From Monocercomonoides exilis PA203 (Eukaryota > Protista > Preaxostyla): a stretch of 64,000 nucleotides of DNA. Below the pieces are notes generated by a model that did not search any database, was not told the DNA's origin, and worked only from the letters and a program-made list of their open reading frames with translations. The stretch spans positions 248,001-312,000 of the forward strand of contig LSRY02000065.1 in assembly GCA_001643675.2 (NCBI GenBank). The letters are read 5' to 3'. Shown one piece after another: positions 40,342-54,437 of the stretch; the stretch's first letter is position 1, and each line of letters opens with the position of its first letter. The position numbers were made by a program, and so were the translations under genes.

Positions 40342-40688
40342 AATCGAGTCATTTTTTTATGTCAATTCTTTTATTTAAAGTCTTTTATTCGTTTATATCT
40401 TCTGCTCCCAGTCAAAATTGGTATTTCAAATGATTAATATGAGATTATATACATGTAATTGAAAAAGGAATCCATTTATTTGCATATATAAACACTTGCA
40501 TTTATGTTTCACGATCTTTCGAACTTTTTTGCTGTAATTAAAATGTTTTGTTTCGCTTTTCTTTGTTTTTTCAATATCCAAGTTCATGAAGTAATTTTTT
40601 TTTTCGAATAAATGTTTAGTTTTTCAGTAGCCTTGCTTCTAATGATTAAATGTTTCACTTCTCTTTTTGTTTATTATAATTTTTGCAG

Positions 40689-43600
40689 ATTGAATAATCC
40701 AAGATTGAATATATCGAAAGAAAGTAATTTTTTCGTTTTCCATTACACAAAAACTCTGTTATGGCTTTCGCCCACAATAGCTCCTTTTGTTGAAAAGAAT
40801 GAGGACTGACGGGTCTCCACCTCTTTGGATCGATTCATCTTTAGTCGAGAGAGTTAAGTTTGATTGTTTCATAAATTTAATAATGATATATTCTGTTTTA
40901 AACTTATATACTTGATGCTCAAAAATTAACGCAATAACTTACCATTTGCGACTTCATAATTAAAAATCAATGAACAAACGCATTATATTTATTTAATTTC
41001 AACTTTTTATTTTTAGGGATCCTCAGCTGTTCATTCCAGATTCATCCTCTTTCCATTATATTGCTGTATCAAATGAAATAACTGAACCTTCAGATGTATC
41101 TTCACAGCCAACCCCTTCAGATCGTTATCCTCTATTTCAACTTTCACAAATGTCTCAAAGTGGTACAGAATCTCAAACACCTCCACCATTTGACGCAGAA
41201 TTATTTTCATTTCAACTTTTTCATTCACTTTTTCTACCACCAAAAGGTCCAAGAGATCTTCGAAGTTTGAATTTTTTGATGCATATTTAATTGCAATTCT
41301 TTATTTTATTAAAAATCCGTTGTATTCTTCTTTTTTTAGACATTAACATGGGAGCAATGTTTTTTCCTGGATATTCTGTTTGGTCATTGGATTTTGCCCC
41401 GAATTCTCCTCAATCGCCGGAAAATTCACCTCACTTTTTGGCTATTGGAACTCGAAGCTGTGATACGCACAATTTGCACACGAAATGCACAGCGCCAAAT
41501 TTCATCCAGATTTGGGATTGTGGAGAGTTAAACTCGCCCTCAGGCCCTCAGCACCCTCCGCTCTTCCAACTTGGGCTCTGCCACAGATTCGGGTGCATCT
41601 GGTCGCTCAAGTTCTGTCCCCATGTTTACTCCAGTAATTGCATGGACCCGTTTTTTGCCTCAAAGATGGATGACAAGCAGAAATCAGCAGCTTGCAACGA
41701 AGCATCATCATCATCATCTTCTTCTTCTTCTTCTTCCTCATTATCCTCCTCTTCCTCCTCCTCTTCTTCTTCCCCTGTGCCTATTTTGGGGCTACTTGCA
41801 TTCTCCAGCGGCAACACCGCACATGTTACGCTTGTGCCTCATCCACACTCACCACACACACCTTCATTGATTCATCTGTCAACCTCCTGTGAGGAAGAGA
41901 ACACACATTCTAATACACAGTCTCCCAATACTTCCTCTTCTTCTCTCACTTCTTCATCTCCATCTTCTTCTTCCCCCTCTTCCCCCTTCTCTTCCTCTTC
42001 CTCCTCCTCTTTCTCTTCCTCCTCATCCCCTCCCTCCAAGCGCCCTCTCACCATCTCCCTCTCTCTGCCTGCCAACAGCGAGTGCTGGGACGTTGAGTGG
42101 TGTCCTCTCAGTCAGAATGGCTGGATTCTGCTGTGCGTCTGCAGCGACGGCTCTGTCTCCTTGTTCAACATTTCACCCGAGCTGTTCCCGTTCTGTGTGG
42201 GTGTGTGACATAAGGATTATTATTATTATTATTATTCAGAAGACATTTTATTTTATTTTATTTTATTTTATTTTATTTTATTTTTTTCAATCTGTCTTTT
42301 TATTTATTTTTTTGTAATTTATAACTTTTCTTTCCTTCTTTCCCTCTTCATCTCCCTTCGCCCACCTTCCTTCCATTCCCACTCCCTCTCAGAAATCAAC
42401 CCCCACCTCCACATATCCTCCCCCTTCTCCCCCTTCTCCTCCTCCATCCCTTTCCCTCTCTCTCCTTCTCAATATTCCATTCTCCCCTTCCGCCCCACTT
42501 CTTCTGTTGATGCGTTCCCTTTCACTTCCACTGGGATTCAGCTGTCTGTTGTCCCGCCTTATATGAGGGAACTGAACAACGCTATAAACAATGCTAGTAT
42601 TAGAGCTAATAATAATGCTAATGCTAATAATAATGTTTATAGTAATGCTAATGCTAATCTTTCTTCTTCTTCTTCTTCTTCTACTGCTTCTTCTATTTCT
42701 TCTGTTTCTTCCTCTACAAGCAGTTATTCTTCCATGCAAAACATGTCATATCCACCATCACAATCTTCTTCTTCTTCTCCTTCTCCCGCCTCTTCTTTTC
42801 CTTCTTCTTCTTCTCTATCTTCCATATCTTCTTCTCCTCCTCCTGTTTATTTCGGTTCACAAGCATCTCTTCCTCCTCTTCCTTTGTCTTCATCATCTTC
42901 TTCTTCATCTTCTTCATCTTCTTCATTAACATTAGCTTCACCTTTATCATCATCATCATCATCTTCTTCTTCTTCTTCCGCTTTTCCTCCTCCTCCTCTT
43001 CCTCCTTCCTCCTCCTCCTCTTCTTCTTCTTCAATTTCATACCCATCTCATTCTATTCAATCATTTCATCAACCTTCACAAGATATCAATTCTTCTTCTT
43101 CATCCCTTTCTCTTTATCAGCCTCCATCTTATATAACTCAACAATCTCCTTCTCATTTCACAAATTCTTCATTTCCTCCTATTCCTTCCTCTTCTTCTTC
43201 TTCCTCTTCTTTTGTTCCCATTCCACAACCAACTTCCCTCTCTTCTTCTTCTTCTTCTCCTTCAAAATACCCTTCTTCATTCAACTCAAACACTAACACT
43301 AACATCAACATTAATTCACACCTCAACCCTCCTCTTCCTTCTCCTCGTCCTTCCAATCTTCATCCTTCCTCAAATCTTCCTTCTTCTTCCTCTTCCTCTC
43401 CTTCTTCTTCTCCTTCTCCCTCTCACACTTCTCCATACTTCCTCCTCTCTCCTCCTCTCCACACTCCCTCCTCACTTCCCCCGCTTCACACCCTCCGTCT
43501 CTCCGTCTACCCTCTCCGCTGCGGTGTCTTCTCCCCCACCAATCCTTCTCTCTTCAGCGTGGCCAGCCACGACGGCAGGCTGTTTCTTGTCACTTTCAGC

Positions 43601-46600
43601 TCGGATTCGATCAGTGCGATTTCCCAAACACTCGCCAGAAACTGGATTTTGTGCATGGATTGGATGAGGGTGCCGGCAGATGCATACCGATATGATGGTG
43701 GAGTGATGGGAGGAATTGGGGGAATAGGAGGAATAGGAGGGATGGGGAGTGTGGGTGGAATGAATGGAGGAGGAAGTGGTTCTAACAATTCAACAGGGAG
43801 TGGGACAGGGAGTGGAATTGTGCTGAGCAGAGAGACAGGAAGGATGGAGATGACAAGAGCAGATAGTATGAATGTGAATGCATCTTCATATTACTCCTCA
43901 ACAGTATCATCATCGTCATCATCTGGCTCTCCATCAGATTCAACCTCATCCTCTTCTTCTCCTTCGTCTTCTCCTTCCTCCTCTTCTTCTTCACCTCTAT
44001 CATCATCAACCTCATCATCTCCACAGCCATCATCTTCATCTTCATCACCTCAACCTTCTTCCTCTTCTTCCTCTTCCTCTCTCTCTTCCTCCTCCCTCCT
44101 CCCCAACACCCTCACCCGCCCTTCTCTCCCTGAGATGGATGTGATTGTCGTAGGACTCGAAGATCACACTGTCCGCTTTGTCGTCTTGAAGACAATGAAA
44201 GATGCAGAACGCACATGGAACGAGGAAGAGCAGAAGCACCCGTGGCTCACTCTCCCTGCGATGGAGACGCTTTCTATTCCTCTGCTGCCAATCGGGAGAG
44301 ATGCAATGGCAGAACACGATGCAGATGCAGAGAAGATCAAAGCAGAGGTGCAAGGAGGAGGAGTGTATAGCTTTTCAAGTGGGTTTGGAGAGAAAAGCCA
44401 ACAGATACAGATGCAGTTGCAAATGCAGCAGCAACAACAAACTGGAAAATTAGATGGACAGGATGGTGCAATGAATGGAACAACAACATCATCATCGTCA
44501 TCATCTTCCTCTTCTGCTTCCACTTCCTCCAACCTTGACTCAACCTCTTTCAGATCGACTGGTCAATCATACCCCTTCAACGATCCCCAGAGCAATTTGA
44601 ACTCCACCCTTTCCTCTCCCCTGCCTTCTTCTTCTTCTGTGCAGCTTCAACCACAGCCATCTGTGCGTGTTCCCAGAAGAGGAGTGTTTGTCTTTCCCTC
44701 AGATGCAATTGAGAGGTCTATGCGGGATGCCAGCTTTGCATTGCCAAGCAAGTGGCTCACACCTTCTCTGGACTTGTCGATGAGTGCACTGGGAGGAGTG
44801 TATGGGGCAGGCAGGTTTGGAGATATTGGGAGAGTGATGCGGAGGAGAGGGAAGAGAGGAGGGAGAGGAGGTGGTGGGGGAGGAAGCAATGGAGCTATTG
44901 GAGGAGGAGGAAGTGTGGGAGGAGGAGTAGGAGTTGGAGGTAGCGGGGCAATGATGGGGATGGGAGGAGGAAGGCAGCGTGGAGGACAGATGGGAGGATT
45001 TCCGATGTTTGCAGATGAAGGAGACGAAAGATTGAAGGATGGAATTGGTGGGAGAATGGGAGGGAGGAGAAGAGGGAATGGAGGAAGTGGAGGAGGAAGT
45101 GGAGGGGGTGTGGGGAGAGGAGAGAGAGATGATGCGGATGGGATGGGGGGAGATGGAGGAGATGGGAGTGGAGATGTGCTGCTGGATGGAATGATGGGAG
45201 CAGGGATGGGAGAAGACGTATATGGAGGAGTGGGGCTGGGAGGAGAAGGATTAGGCGGTGTGGGTGGAGTTGGAGTTGGTGGAGGAGGGAGAGAATCAGG
45301 AGGTGGAGGAGGGCTGGGTGGAATGGGGGGAATGGGGATGGGAGGAGGAGGCGGAGGAGGAGGCGGTGGTGGTGGTGGAGGCATTTCAGCAGTGAATGAG
45401 AGGATTGTGATTACGTTTGGATCATCACATCAGTTTGATTTCCTTGATACACCATGCTGGGCACTTTCATATAGTGCTGCGGGGAGTGTGATTGTTGCCT
45501 GCTCTACTTCTGGATTGGCCACGCTGCTGTCAGTGGCGAATCATTCTTCTCTAATTGTGTGCTATTTAAATCTTATTTATTATTTTATTTATACTAAAAT
45601 TTCTTTTTGTTTTAAATGCGATCATTAAATGGTTGTTGCTTTTATATTTATCATTTCATTCTGTTCCTTCCTTCCTTCCTACCTACCCTCTTTTCCCAAT
45701 CTTAATCTCCAAACCCTCGAATCTCAGATCTCCTCCACCACTCTGCAGCAGTCCATGATCTCCCAGACACCACTTGCTGTTCAGATGAACGAGTCCACGC
45801 TCAACCGCCTTCTCACCCCAATCCTCCACTTTGTGCAAGCCCAGCTGTCGAGCCAGGCTCCTCCTGCCATTCAGCAGCCATCGCAGCAACAACTGCCACA
45901 ACCCGGCGAAACTGCTATTACACCTACATCTTCTTCTTCTGTTTCACCTTCATCCGCATCCTCATCATCTACCACGACATCCTCTTCCACATCCTCCACG
46001 TCATCCTCCAACCCTCTCCTCCTTGTCAGCCAACCCTTGCAGCTACCTCTGCAGTATCTCTTCCCTCTCCTCCAGACTCTTTCACTTACCATGCCCCGGC
46101 ACATCCTCCTCTGCTTCTCCTGCCCGCCGATGCCTGTCAAGATGCACAGGGCATCAAAAACACGTGTGCTCTCTCAGATGCGCTCGGCAGACGCAGCAGC
46201 GAAGAGGTGGATGAAGAAGATCGCAGCAGAAGAGGAGAAAGGGGTGGGAGTGTCTGCAGTGGCAGCAGCCGCCGCTGCAGCAGCTGCTTCTGTTTCCTTT
46301 TCAGACGGGCTGGTGATGATGATGCCATCGTCAGCACAGCAGAGCGCACAAGCAGTGGCTGCACAGTCACAGCAACAACAGCAGCAGCAGGCATTGGGAG
46401 TGAATATGGGTGTGAATGTGGGAATGGAACAACAAGGGAGAGGAGGAGAACTTGGAGCAAAGGAGATGCTTTCTCCTTCTAAAACGGAGATGGGCCAGGG
46501 GAGAATGGGTGAAGAAGCTCCCGGACAGCTCCCATCTTCGTTTATGATTCCGCCTTTTAACGACCAACCTGGACAGGCTGTGCAGATCCCAATAGCTGCT

Positions 46601-46732
46601 CTTGCACTTCAATGTGTGTGTTGGAATAGAAATCAAGGACTGAGCTCGCAGTGGTGTGCTTTTGGAGCAAAAAGTGGCTTTGTCAGACTTATGCGTATTG
46701 ATGTTTTTCATCCATTTTTCAAAAATACTTAA
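40689..46732 (+). CDS. GTF3C2: TFIIIC subunit GTF3C2/Tfc6-like WD40 protein with large Ser/Pro/Gly-rich insertions; start uncertain
   Basis: VWSLDFAP..FLAIGT..IQIWD..LGLCHRFGCIWSLKFCP..ILGLLAFSSG, and C-terminal ALQCVCWNRNQGLSSQWCAFGAKSGFVRL, resemble TFIIIC110 motifs. ORFs 41291, 42563 and 45629 are joined by introns. Confidence 0.72.
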
Positions 46733-46799
46733 AAATTTTTATGAAATGTTAAAAAATATGAGTATTAAAATAAAAAAGGGTTTATCGATCTAGATTTTT

Positions 46800-49174
46800 A
46801 TGTTGATTGATACCAGCATTAAAAAGCCCAGTAGATTCTGGACAATTGTTTTTCTCGTTCTAGATGCTATTATAGCAATTGTTGGACTACTTCTTACGAT
46901 CGCATCTATTTATACATTCGCATCATCAAAAGAATTTGACTTTTTCTTCTTTTTGCTTCTTGTGGTGGGTCTTGGTCTTTTAGCATTTGCCTTAATTGGT
47001 CTTCTAACAATTGTAACTAATGTTGGATTTTTCCAAAGAATTGTTTGCTTCTATTTTGCTTTTAAAGCCATTCTAAATGGAATTTTTAAAAATTTTAATT
47101 TTGTTTTTTATACAAATAATCATCATTTTTGCAAATCATTTTCAAACTAGTTTTTCTTTGGATCGTTGATTTTGTGCGTTCTTCTATTTATCGTTTCGAC
47201 AATCTTTTTGTTTAGTCCTTCTCTATTAGACTCAATTATCTCAGTGTGCAAAAAAAAGTCAAACTTATTTTTAATGCTAAAATTTTCATTCTCTCTTTTT
47301 TTTTTTTGCATCTTTTTTTTTTAATTTCAAATAGTCGATAGAATTCAGTCATAATTGTGAAAAGGATAAAAGTTCGACATTGTGCACTGTTCTTTCAGTT
47401 TGTTTCATTTGCATTCGATATCAAGACTTTTGAAATAAAAATATTGTTGCAGGCGTTACGTGGATTAGTTTCTGCTGTTTCCATTGTTGGATTTATTTGC
47501 AGCTTCTTTTTCGTATGTGTTTTTTTGAAAAAAAGCATAAAGTATTTTTTAATTTTTTTTTCAAACATTTATGTAACAAAACATTTCGACAATTTAACAG
47601 ATATTTGAACTGTTCATAACCGGAAAGCTGATTGGACTTCGTAAAGTGGTTACCACGTCTCTTGCTGTGGGGTCAATAGCCATTTTGGTTCTTGGTGCAC
47701 TTGTGATTATATTCACACTGTATTTAATGGTCGGAAAATTCCGCCGTATTGTCGCTCTGCTTGTGATTGCATGCATTGTGGGAGGCATTCTGCTTGCCTT
47801 TGGCATCTACGCGACATGCGGCGCAGTCAAGAACCTGATGGGGAAAGGGAGGCAGTCGACGATCATCGTGATGGGTGTTGTATACTTCATCATGGGCATC
47901 GCCATGTTCATCGTCGGGATTGTGGGCTTTGTGCTGAACGACAAGTCTGCGCGTCTGGTGACGGAGACGACGATGCCTTCTCTGTGCGACACGGCGTTCA
48001 AAGAGGTGCCCACAGGGAAAGTGGACAGAGACGGAAACCCGATCACGATACTCGAGCCGATTGAGAAGGACACGTCGCTTGGCTATCCAAAGGAGTGCTG
48101 CACGTTCCTGGGGGTCAGACTGGACAATGAACTGCCTCAGACGAAAGAGGCGACGAAGGAGAAGATGGCAATGAAGGAGATGAAGGTGATGAAGACTATG
48201 AAAACAATAAAGACAGTGAAAGGAATGAAGGAGATAAATGAAGCGAAAGGAAAGAGGAGCAAAGGTTTCATCGCTTCTGGATCTGGAAGGTATTTTGGAG
48301 GAGAATCCAACGCTCAAATAAAAGACAAGACATTTCAACTTCTCTTGTCTCAAGATGAACTCCTTTTAGCCAGCAACAATCGCTTTTCATTGGGAGATGA
48401 AGAAGAAGAAGGGAATACAAGCACACATTGCCTAGTATCTAAGTCAGTTTATTCAGTCTTCAATTTGTATATGAAGACAGTTACTGGCCTGGTGTTTCCA
48501 GTGTGTGTGATCGTGTTCTTCCTCTCGTTTTTTGTGGTGTTTTTGGGCATTTCTGGGTGCATCGTCTCGTATTACACGGTTGAATGGAGGCAGGAAGACG
48601 AGCAGGAGATGATGGTGAAGAAAGGGGAGATGATAAGTTCAGGCAACTTACAGGGAGGGCCGTCGAATGAGCCGAAGATATACATGCCGGTGAAAGGGGG
48701 GATGGGGGTGTATACACACGGTATGAAAGAGGATGAAGGGGAAGGAGAAGAATTTGCGTTGTGTTGGGAAGGAAGGTGAAAAAAACGTGATTATTTGTTA
48801 GCTTTAACAATTTTCTTATTCTATTTTAAATAAATGACTCTTTATTAATTTATTTATTTGCATTTGTTTATTATCAATATTTGAATTTTGTGTTTCTTTT
48901 CTTTTCTTTTTTTATGTTTTCAGAGAATCTTTCCAAAATCGATCCGAAAACGAATGCTGAACTTATGAAAAAAGAGCAACTGAAAGCAGAAAAGAAAAAG
49001 AAAACCAAAGAAAGCACGAAAAAAGCATTGGGAATCGATGGAGAAGCAGAGGCAGAAGAGTCAAGTGAGAGTGAGAGTGAGAGCGAGAGTGGAGAAGATC
49101 ATATGGAAAATGAAGAGGATGATGAGGACATTGATCCAGCTACACTGGGAGTGGCTGCGACGACTTACTTTTGA
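46800..49174 (+). CDS. Multi-pass membrane protein with tandem tetraspanin-like architecture
   Basis: About 8 hydrophobic segments across exons; Cys-containing loop (SLCD..KECC..HC) before the last TM. The final acidic/basic exon (about 48924-49174) is inferred; otherwise the gene ends at 48779. Confidence 0.6.
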
Positions 49175-49709
49175 GGAGGAAGAAGAGAAAGAAGAGAAAG
49201 AAGAAGGAAAAGGAGAAGAAAGTGAAAAAAGAAAAAGAATTAAGTTAAAAACTCCTCAAATTTTTCTGTTTCTGTTCAGAAATGCAATTATTTTTTGGAA
49301 AGATATTCAATCAGAGAAATTTTATATTTGTAAAGGAAAAAACAATTAATTAGATTGGGAACTAGTCAATACACTTCATTTGAGCGTGTTTATTAAGTGC
49401 TTTTTTATTTTATTTTATTCTATTTTTAAGTTGTTCTTTTCAAGAACATGATTTTTTGTGTAAACACGTTTCACTTCGCCTCCATTTCATTTCATTCACA
49501 GCATCGCTGCCTTCTTTTTTCGCACATCGTTTTAATTCTTCGTATTTTATATCCCTTTTTTGACGTATGAAATAAACAAAAAATTGCAATTTTTTTTTGT
49601 TTCACCTTTTTTTGGTGCTTAACATGCAACCATTCAACAAGATTCACTTTAACATTTCCATTCTTTTAACAAATTTACTTTTATTTTCATATTTTTGATA
49701 ATTTTTCCT

Positions 49710-49741
<32 letters not shown>

Positions 49742-49868
49742 CGTTGCAGAAGAATTTTAACTTTAAAATTCTAATCTCCGTTTAAGAATTTCAAAGAAAA
49801 ATGAATTGAAATGATGTATAACACACAGATGAAGTGAAAAAGCAACTTAAAAAAAAAAATTGTAACAA

Positions 49869-52800
49869 TTAATGCTGAGAAGGTGATAAAGGAGGTTTTT
49901 GCAAAGATGATTGAGGTGTTGAAGAAGAAGAAGAAGAAGAAATTGTCTTGTTTGAAGTGGCAGTTTTTGGAGAAGAAGCAACTTTTGGAGAAGAGCTGAC
50001 TTTTGGCGAAGGAGAAGATTTTGATTGAGCTGTCGATGTTGTCGCTTTATTTGCAGAAGAAGAAGAAGAAGAAGAAGGCGTTGAAGGAGGTTTAGGTGAG
50101 GCTGGCGGTGTTGCCAAGCCTTTTGGAGCAGAAGAAGGGGTTTTTGGTACAGAAGACGAAGGTTTTGCTGAAGAAGAAGAAGAAGAAGAAGAAACAGAAG
50201 CAGAAGCAGATGATGTGGAAGGTGAAGTGGAAGAGGAAGAGGAAGAAGAGGAAGAAGGTGAGGATGAAATTGTGGATGCTTTCTTAACTGCAGGCTTTGG
50301 AGAAGAAAGCTGAGACGCTGTTTTCGGTTGTGTAGCTGACTGCGAAGCTGTTTTTGCAGCCACTTTTGGAGAAGCAGAAGGAGATTGAGCTGTTTTTGGC
50401 TGAGTTGAAGATGAATTTGAAGCAGAAGAAGAAGCAGAAGCAGATTTTGGCTTCGCAGTTGTTGTCTGAGGAGAAGCTACAGTCTTCTTTGGAGAAGCGG
50501 CAGGGCTTGCAGACTGTTTGGAAACAGGTTTTGGAGTGGCTTTGGATGATGAAATGGAAGGAGAAGGAGAAAGAGAAGAAGATGAAGAAGGAGAAGAAGA
50601 AGAGGCAAAAGAGGCAGAAGAAGCAGCAGAAAGAATGGAATGAGAAGAGGCCGAAGGAGGCTTGAACTGCAACTGCGCTTTCAATCTTTCAATCTCTCTT
50701 TCGCTTTCCAGAATCTTCTTTCTGTCTTTCTCTCTCTCCTTTTCCCACTCATTCTCCTTCTCATTCACTTTTCGATTTCCTTCCTCGTATTCCTTCCGCT
50801 CTGTCTGCAGCTGTGCTATCAGAATGTCCATGTGATACTTCAGCTTCTCAATCCTCCCTTTGCAGTCGCTCGATATCTTCTTCTCCATCTCCACTTCCTT
50901 CTGCAGAATCCTCTTGTTCTCCTTTAGAATTCGCACCTGCTTCTGCTGATGCACACACTCATCCTTCAATTTCTCGACAATCGCCCGCAGCGACGTAATC
51001 TTCGCCTGATGCTGCAAAAGAACACTTTGCATCCTCCGCAATGAAATGCCATCGACTTCTTCTCTTTCTCCTTCTCCTCTGTCTTCTTCTTTGTCTTCTT
51101 TGCTTTTCCGACTCGACGACATTTTTTTGCTTTTCTTCTCTTTCTCCGCAAATCCTTCTGTTTCACTCTCACTTTCCTCGCTTTTACAACATCTCACTTT
51201 CGCCCTTGTGGATGAATGCGATGATGACACTGCCAAGCCCTCTCTCTGCAATCTTTCTTCATTCAGCTCCCTTTCAGCATCCATCCTTCTCACCTGCTCG
51301 TCCTGCCTGTCCAGCTGCGCCTGGCACAGCTTCTGCCGCAGCTCATCCACAACATGCTGATATTCTGTCTCTACTTTCTCTATCGTTCCCCGCAAATACT
51401 CAATCTCAGCATCCTTCAGCTCCAGCGAGACAAGCATCTGTGGATCAGTCAGCATCGATGTGGATGAGCTGTCACAAGAAGAGGAAGAAGGAGCAGACGA
51501 AGAGGAGGAAGAAGAAGAAGAAGGCGTTGTGAATCTTTGTGATGCATCTCCAGCAGGTGATGGAGAAAGCGCAGAAAGCGAAGAGCTCGCTCCAGAAAAC
51601 ACAGGCACACCTGCCGTTTCTGGTGGAATGGCGCTGGATGGAAGCGGCTGCGGTGGCTCAGACAGGCTCATTGCTTGCATTTGCACTGGCATTTGTGTTT
51701 GTGATTGATACATTTGTGGCTGTTTGTGAAGTGTGGGCTGTTGTGTGGTTGGGTATTGCTGGGAAAGAGAGGGCTGCTGCTGCTGCTGCTGCTGGTATTG
51801 CTGTGAAAATGAAGTTGGAGCTGACACTGCGCTTGGCACTGGAAGTGCTGAAGGAGACGGTTGGACATCATTAGCCATAGGAGCAGGATGGAAACTGCTG
51901 ATGTTGTTGCTTTGCTTTGGATCCTGTTTAAAGTTTGATGACTGGTTTTCTTTCTCTTCTTCGAATTCTTTCGAACTTTCGTCGCTTTTTGACTGCTCCT
52001 CTGACGAAGAGCTGTCGTCGCTGCTGCTTGAATCATCTGCACTTGACTCATCTTCTGAATCTTCTTCATCTTTTTCTTCTTCGCTCGAATCAGAGCTTTC
52101 TTGTTCAGAAGGAATGGCAGCGCGCGATTTTCTCTTTGAAGCGGAAGGAAGACTGCCATCGTCTTCTCTTTCTTCTTTTTCAGGATCTGATTTACTATTC
52201 AATTCTTCGTCTTCTTCTTCTTTATCTTGTCTATCTTTATGCTTGCGTGTTTTTGAAGCATCTTTTCTGTTTTTGCTGCTTTTCCGTGCTTCAGAAGACG
52301 ATGGAAGCTGCTTTGAAGAAGTACCACTTTTCTGTGTTTTTTTGTCCTTTTCCTTAATTTTTGATTGTGCACCTTTATCAGCTTCATCAAAATCTGGTGA
52401 AGAAAGCGAGTCTCTTTGCTTTTTCTCCTTCAAATATCTCGGGATGATCATCAAAAGCGAATTCTCAACTCCGCTTGTGCTTTCTATTGTGGACGACAAC
52501 TCAGAAGTGTCCGCAAAGTCGTTCTCTTTCCCTGATTGCTCCCTGTGCTTCGATTGTGCAGCTGTCCTCTGCCCATCAATGCGATGCTTGCCCTCTGCTG
52601 ATAACGAAGAACACTCTTCGTATGAAATATCACTCGAAATGCTGCTGCTGATGCTGCTGCTGAGTGAAGTGACTGTCCTGTCTGAGGAATGAGGAGCATG
52701 AGAAGAATGGCCTCTGGCTGAGCTGTATGAAACAGACGATGGAGAGGCGATTGGAGGAGAAAGTGTTCTTGAACTTGATCTGCTGCTGCGGCTATTCTTC

Positions 52801-53818
52801 CTTCTCTTTGCGCTTTGACTGCGCGACCGATGATTGAGATGTCGATGGTTCGCATGACTAGGCGAAGACGAAGTGGGGCGAGAAGAAGAATGCCTTGAAG
52901 AAGAATGTTGTCGTAACGGAGAGTGCATCTTTTGAAGTTTGATTTGTTGCTCTGCAATTTCTTCGCTCATTTCTTTGATTTTTTCTTTTTCTTTTTGCAA
53001 TTCTTCTTCAAGAAGTTTATTTTTTTGCTTCAAAGCAATGTTTTCTTGCTTTAGCCCTTCAATCACCCCAATGAATTTGTTTGTACTGCTTCTGCTTCCA
53101 AAGATAGAACCTCCTCTATTTCCATCAAGTTCATTTCCGGATATCAAATTATTATTAGCTGTTTCCAATTCATTTTCAAGGCGTTTTATCTTTTCATTTA
53201 AAGCATCCACTTCAAATTGATATTTCAACTTATTAACATCATTTGAAGACTGAAGCTCATTTTTCTGACGAATATCAAAATAAAATAAAAAATAAAAATG
53301 TTGAAAACAAAAAACCTGATGAACAAGCGTTTCTCTTTCTTTGATATACCGTTCATTTAAAAGTTTCATTTCTTTTTCGTGTTCCTGAAATTTTAAATTA
53401 AAACAAACGGAAACAAAAATTTATAATTAATTCGAACCACACGAAGCTCATTTGCTGTTTTTTTTTCATTGTCTGTCACTTCTTTCAGCTGTAATAGTAA
53501 TGCTTGAAAGTTTCTGCAAAACAATTAATTTCTTCAAAAAAAAAAAAACAAATAGAGCAAACTCATCGTGAGATTGTTTTTCTCTTTGAAGGTGTGCAAC
53601 TTGTAAGTCTAATGCCTCAATTCGCACTTTTTGATTATCTACAAGTTGTCGTAATTCATTTTCCGATTGTTTTACAGCATCTGCCAACTGAAAAAATAAT
53701 TTATAAATACTTCAAATTTTTTAACTGATTCAAATACCTCATGAATATGAATAACAAATTGATTAAAAAATGCGCTCATCTCTTGAGAAGAGGTATCCAT
53801 CTGATCATTAAAGCTCAT
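49869..53818 (-). CDS. Large coiled-coil and Ser/Pro/Lys-rich protein of unknown function
   Basis: ATG 53818 and four short 5' exons with GT-AG introns join the 1166-aa ORF; two heptad-rich regions. Confidence 0.8.
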
Positions 53819-54437
53819 TTCAGAAAATTACAATCGGTTATGAATCTTTTTATTTAAAACTGATCTTTTTTATTTAATAATGGCGACAAATATTTGATGA
53901 AATATGTTTGTGTTAAGTGAAAGATATCATAAGCAAATTAATATATATTATTAAAACATCTGTGTTGCGTTGAAAAATGAAAATCCACATTAGTCAGTGC
54001 CCGTCAGTTTATTTTTCATCTTTTTAATTTTTTTTTTATTTTATTTAATTTTGTTTTATTTTTTAAATTGATCCATTTTTTAAAAATGTTAAATGAAAAA
54101 TGAAAGATTGTTTTGGTTTTTTTGAAATATCAAATCATAATTTTTATCTCATTTATTCATCATGTCACATTTAATTAATCTAATTTCGTTTTGATTCTGT
54201 TTCATGCTTTGAGAGTATTCCCAGCATTCACAGTGATAACTCAACAAATTTCTTCCATTTGTTAAAAAATATTTTGGTAAATAAAAAGAATATCGGAACT
54301 TTCGAATTAAGATAATTTTTGTTTCTATTGATTTCTTTTGTGTTAATAAAGTGTTGAAATGTGAAAAAAGTTGTCGGAAAATTTTAAAAAAACTTTCAGT
54401 AATCTTTTATTCAAGCTGATCAAATGAAAATTTCTGC

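Noticed and set aside
44647-45384. Pro-rich 245-aa minus-strand ORF (formin/extensin-like)
   Set aside because: Antisense of the Gly-rich tract in the GTF3C2-like gene.
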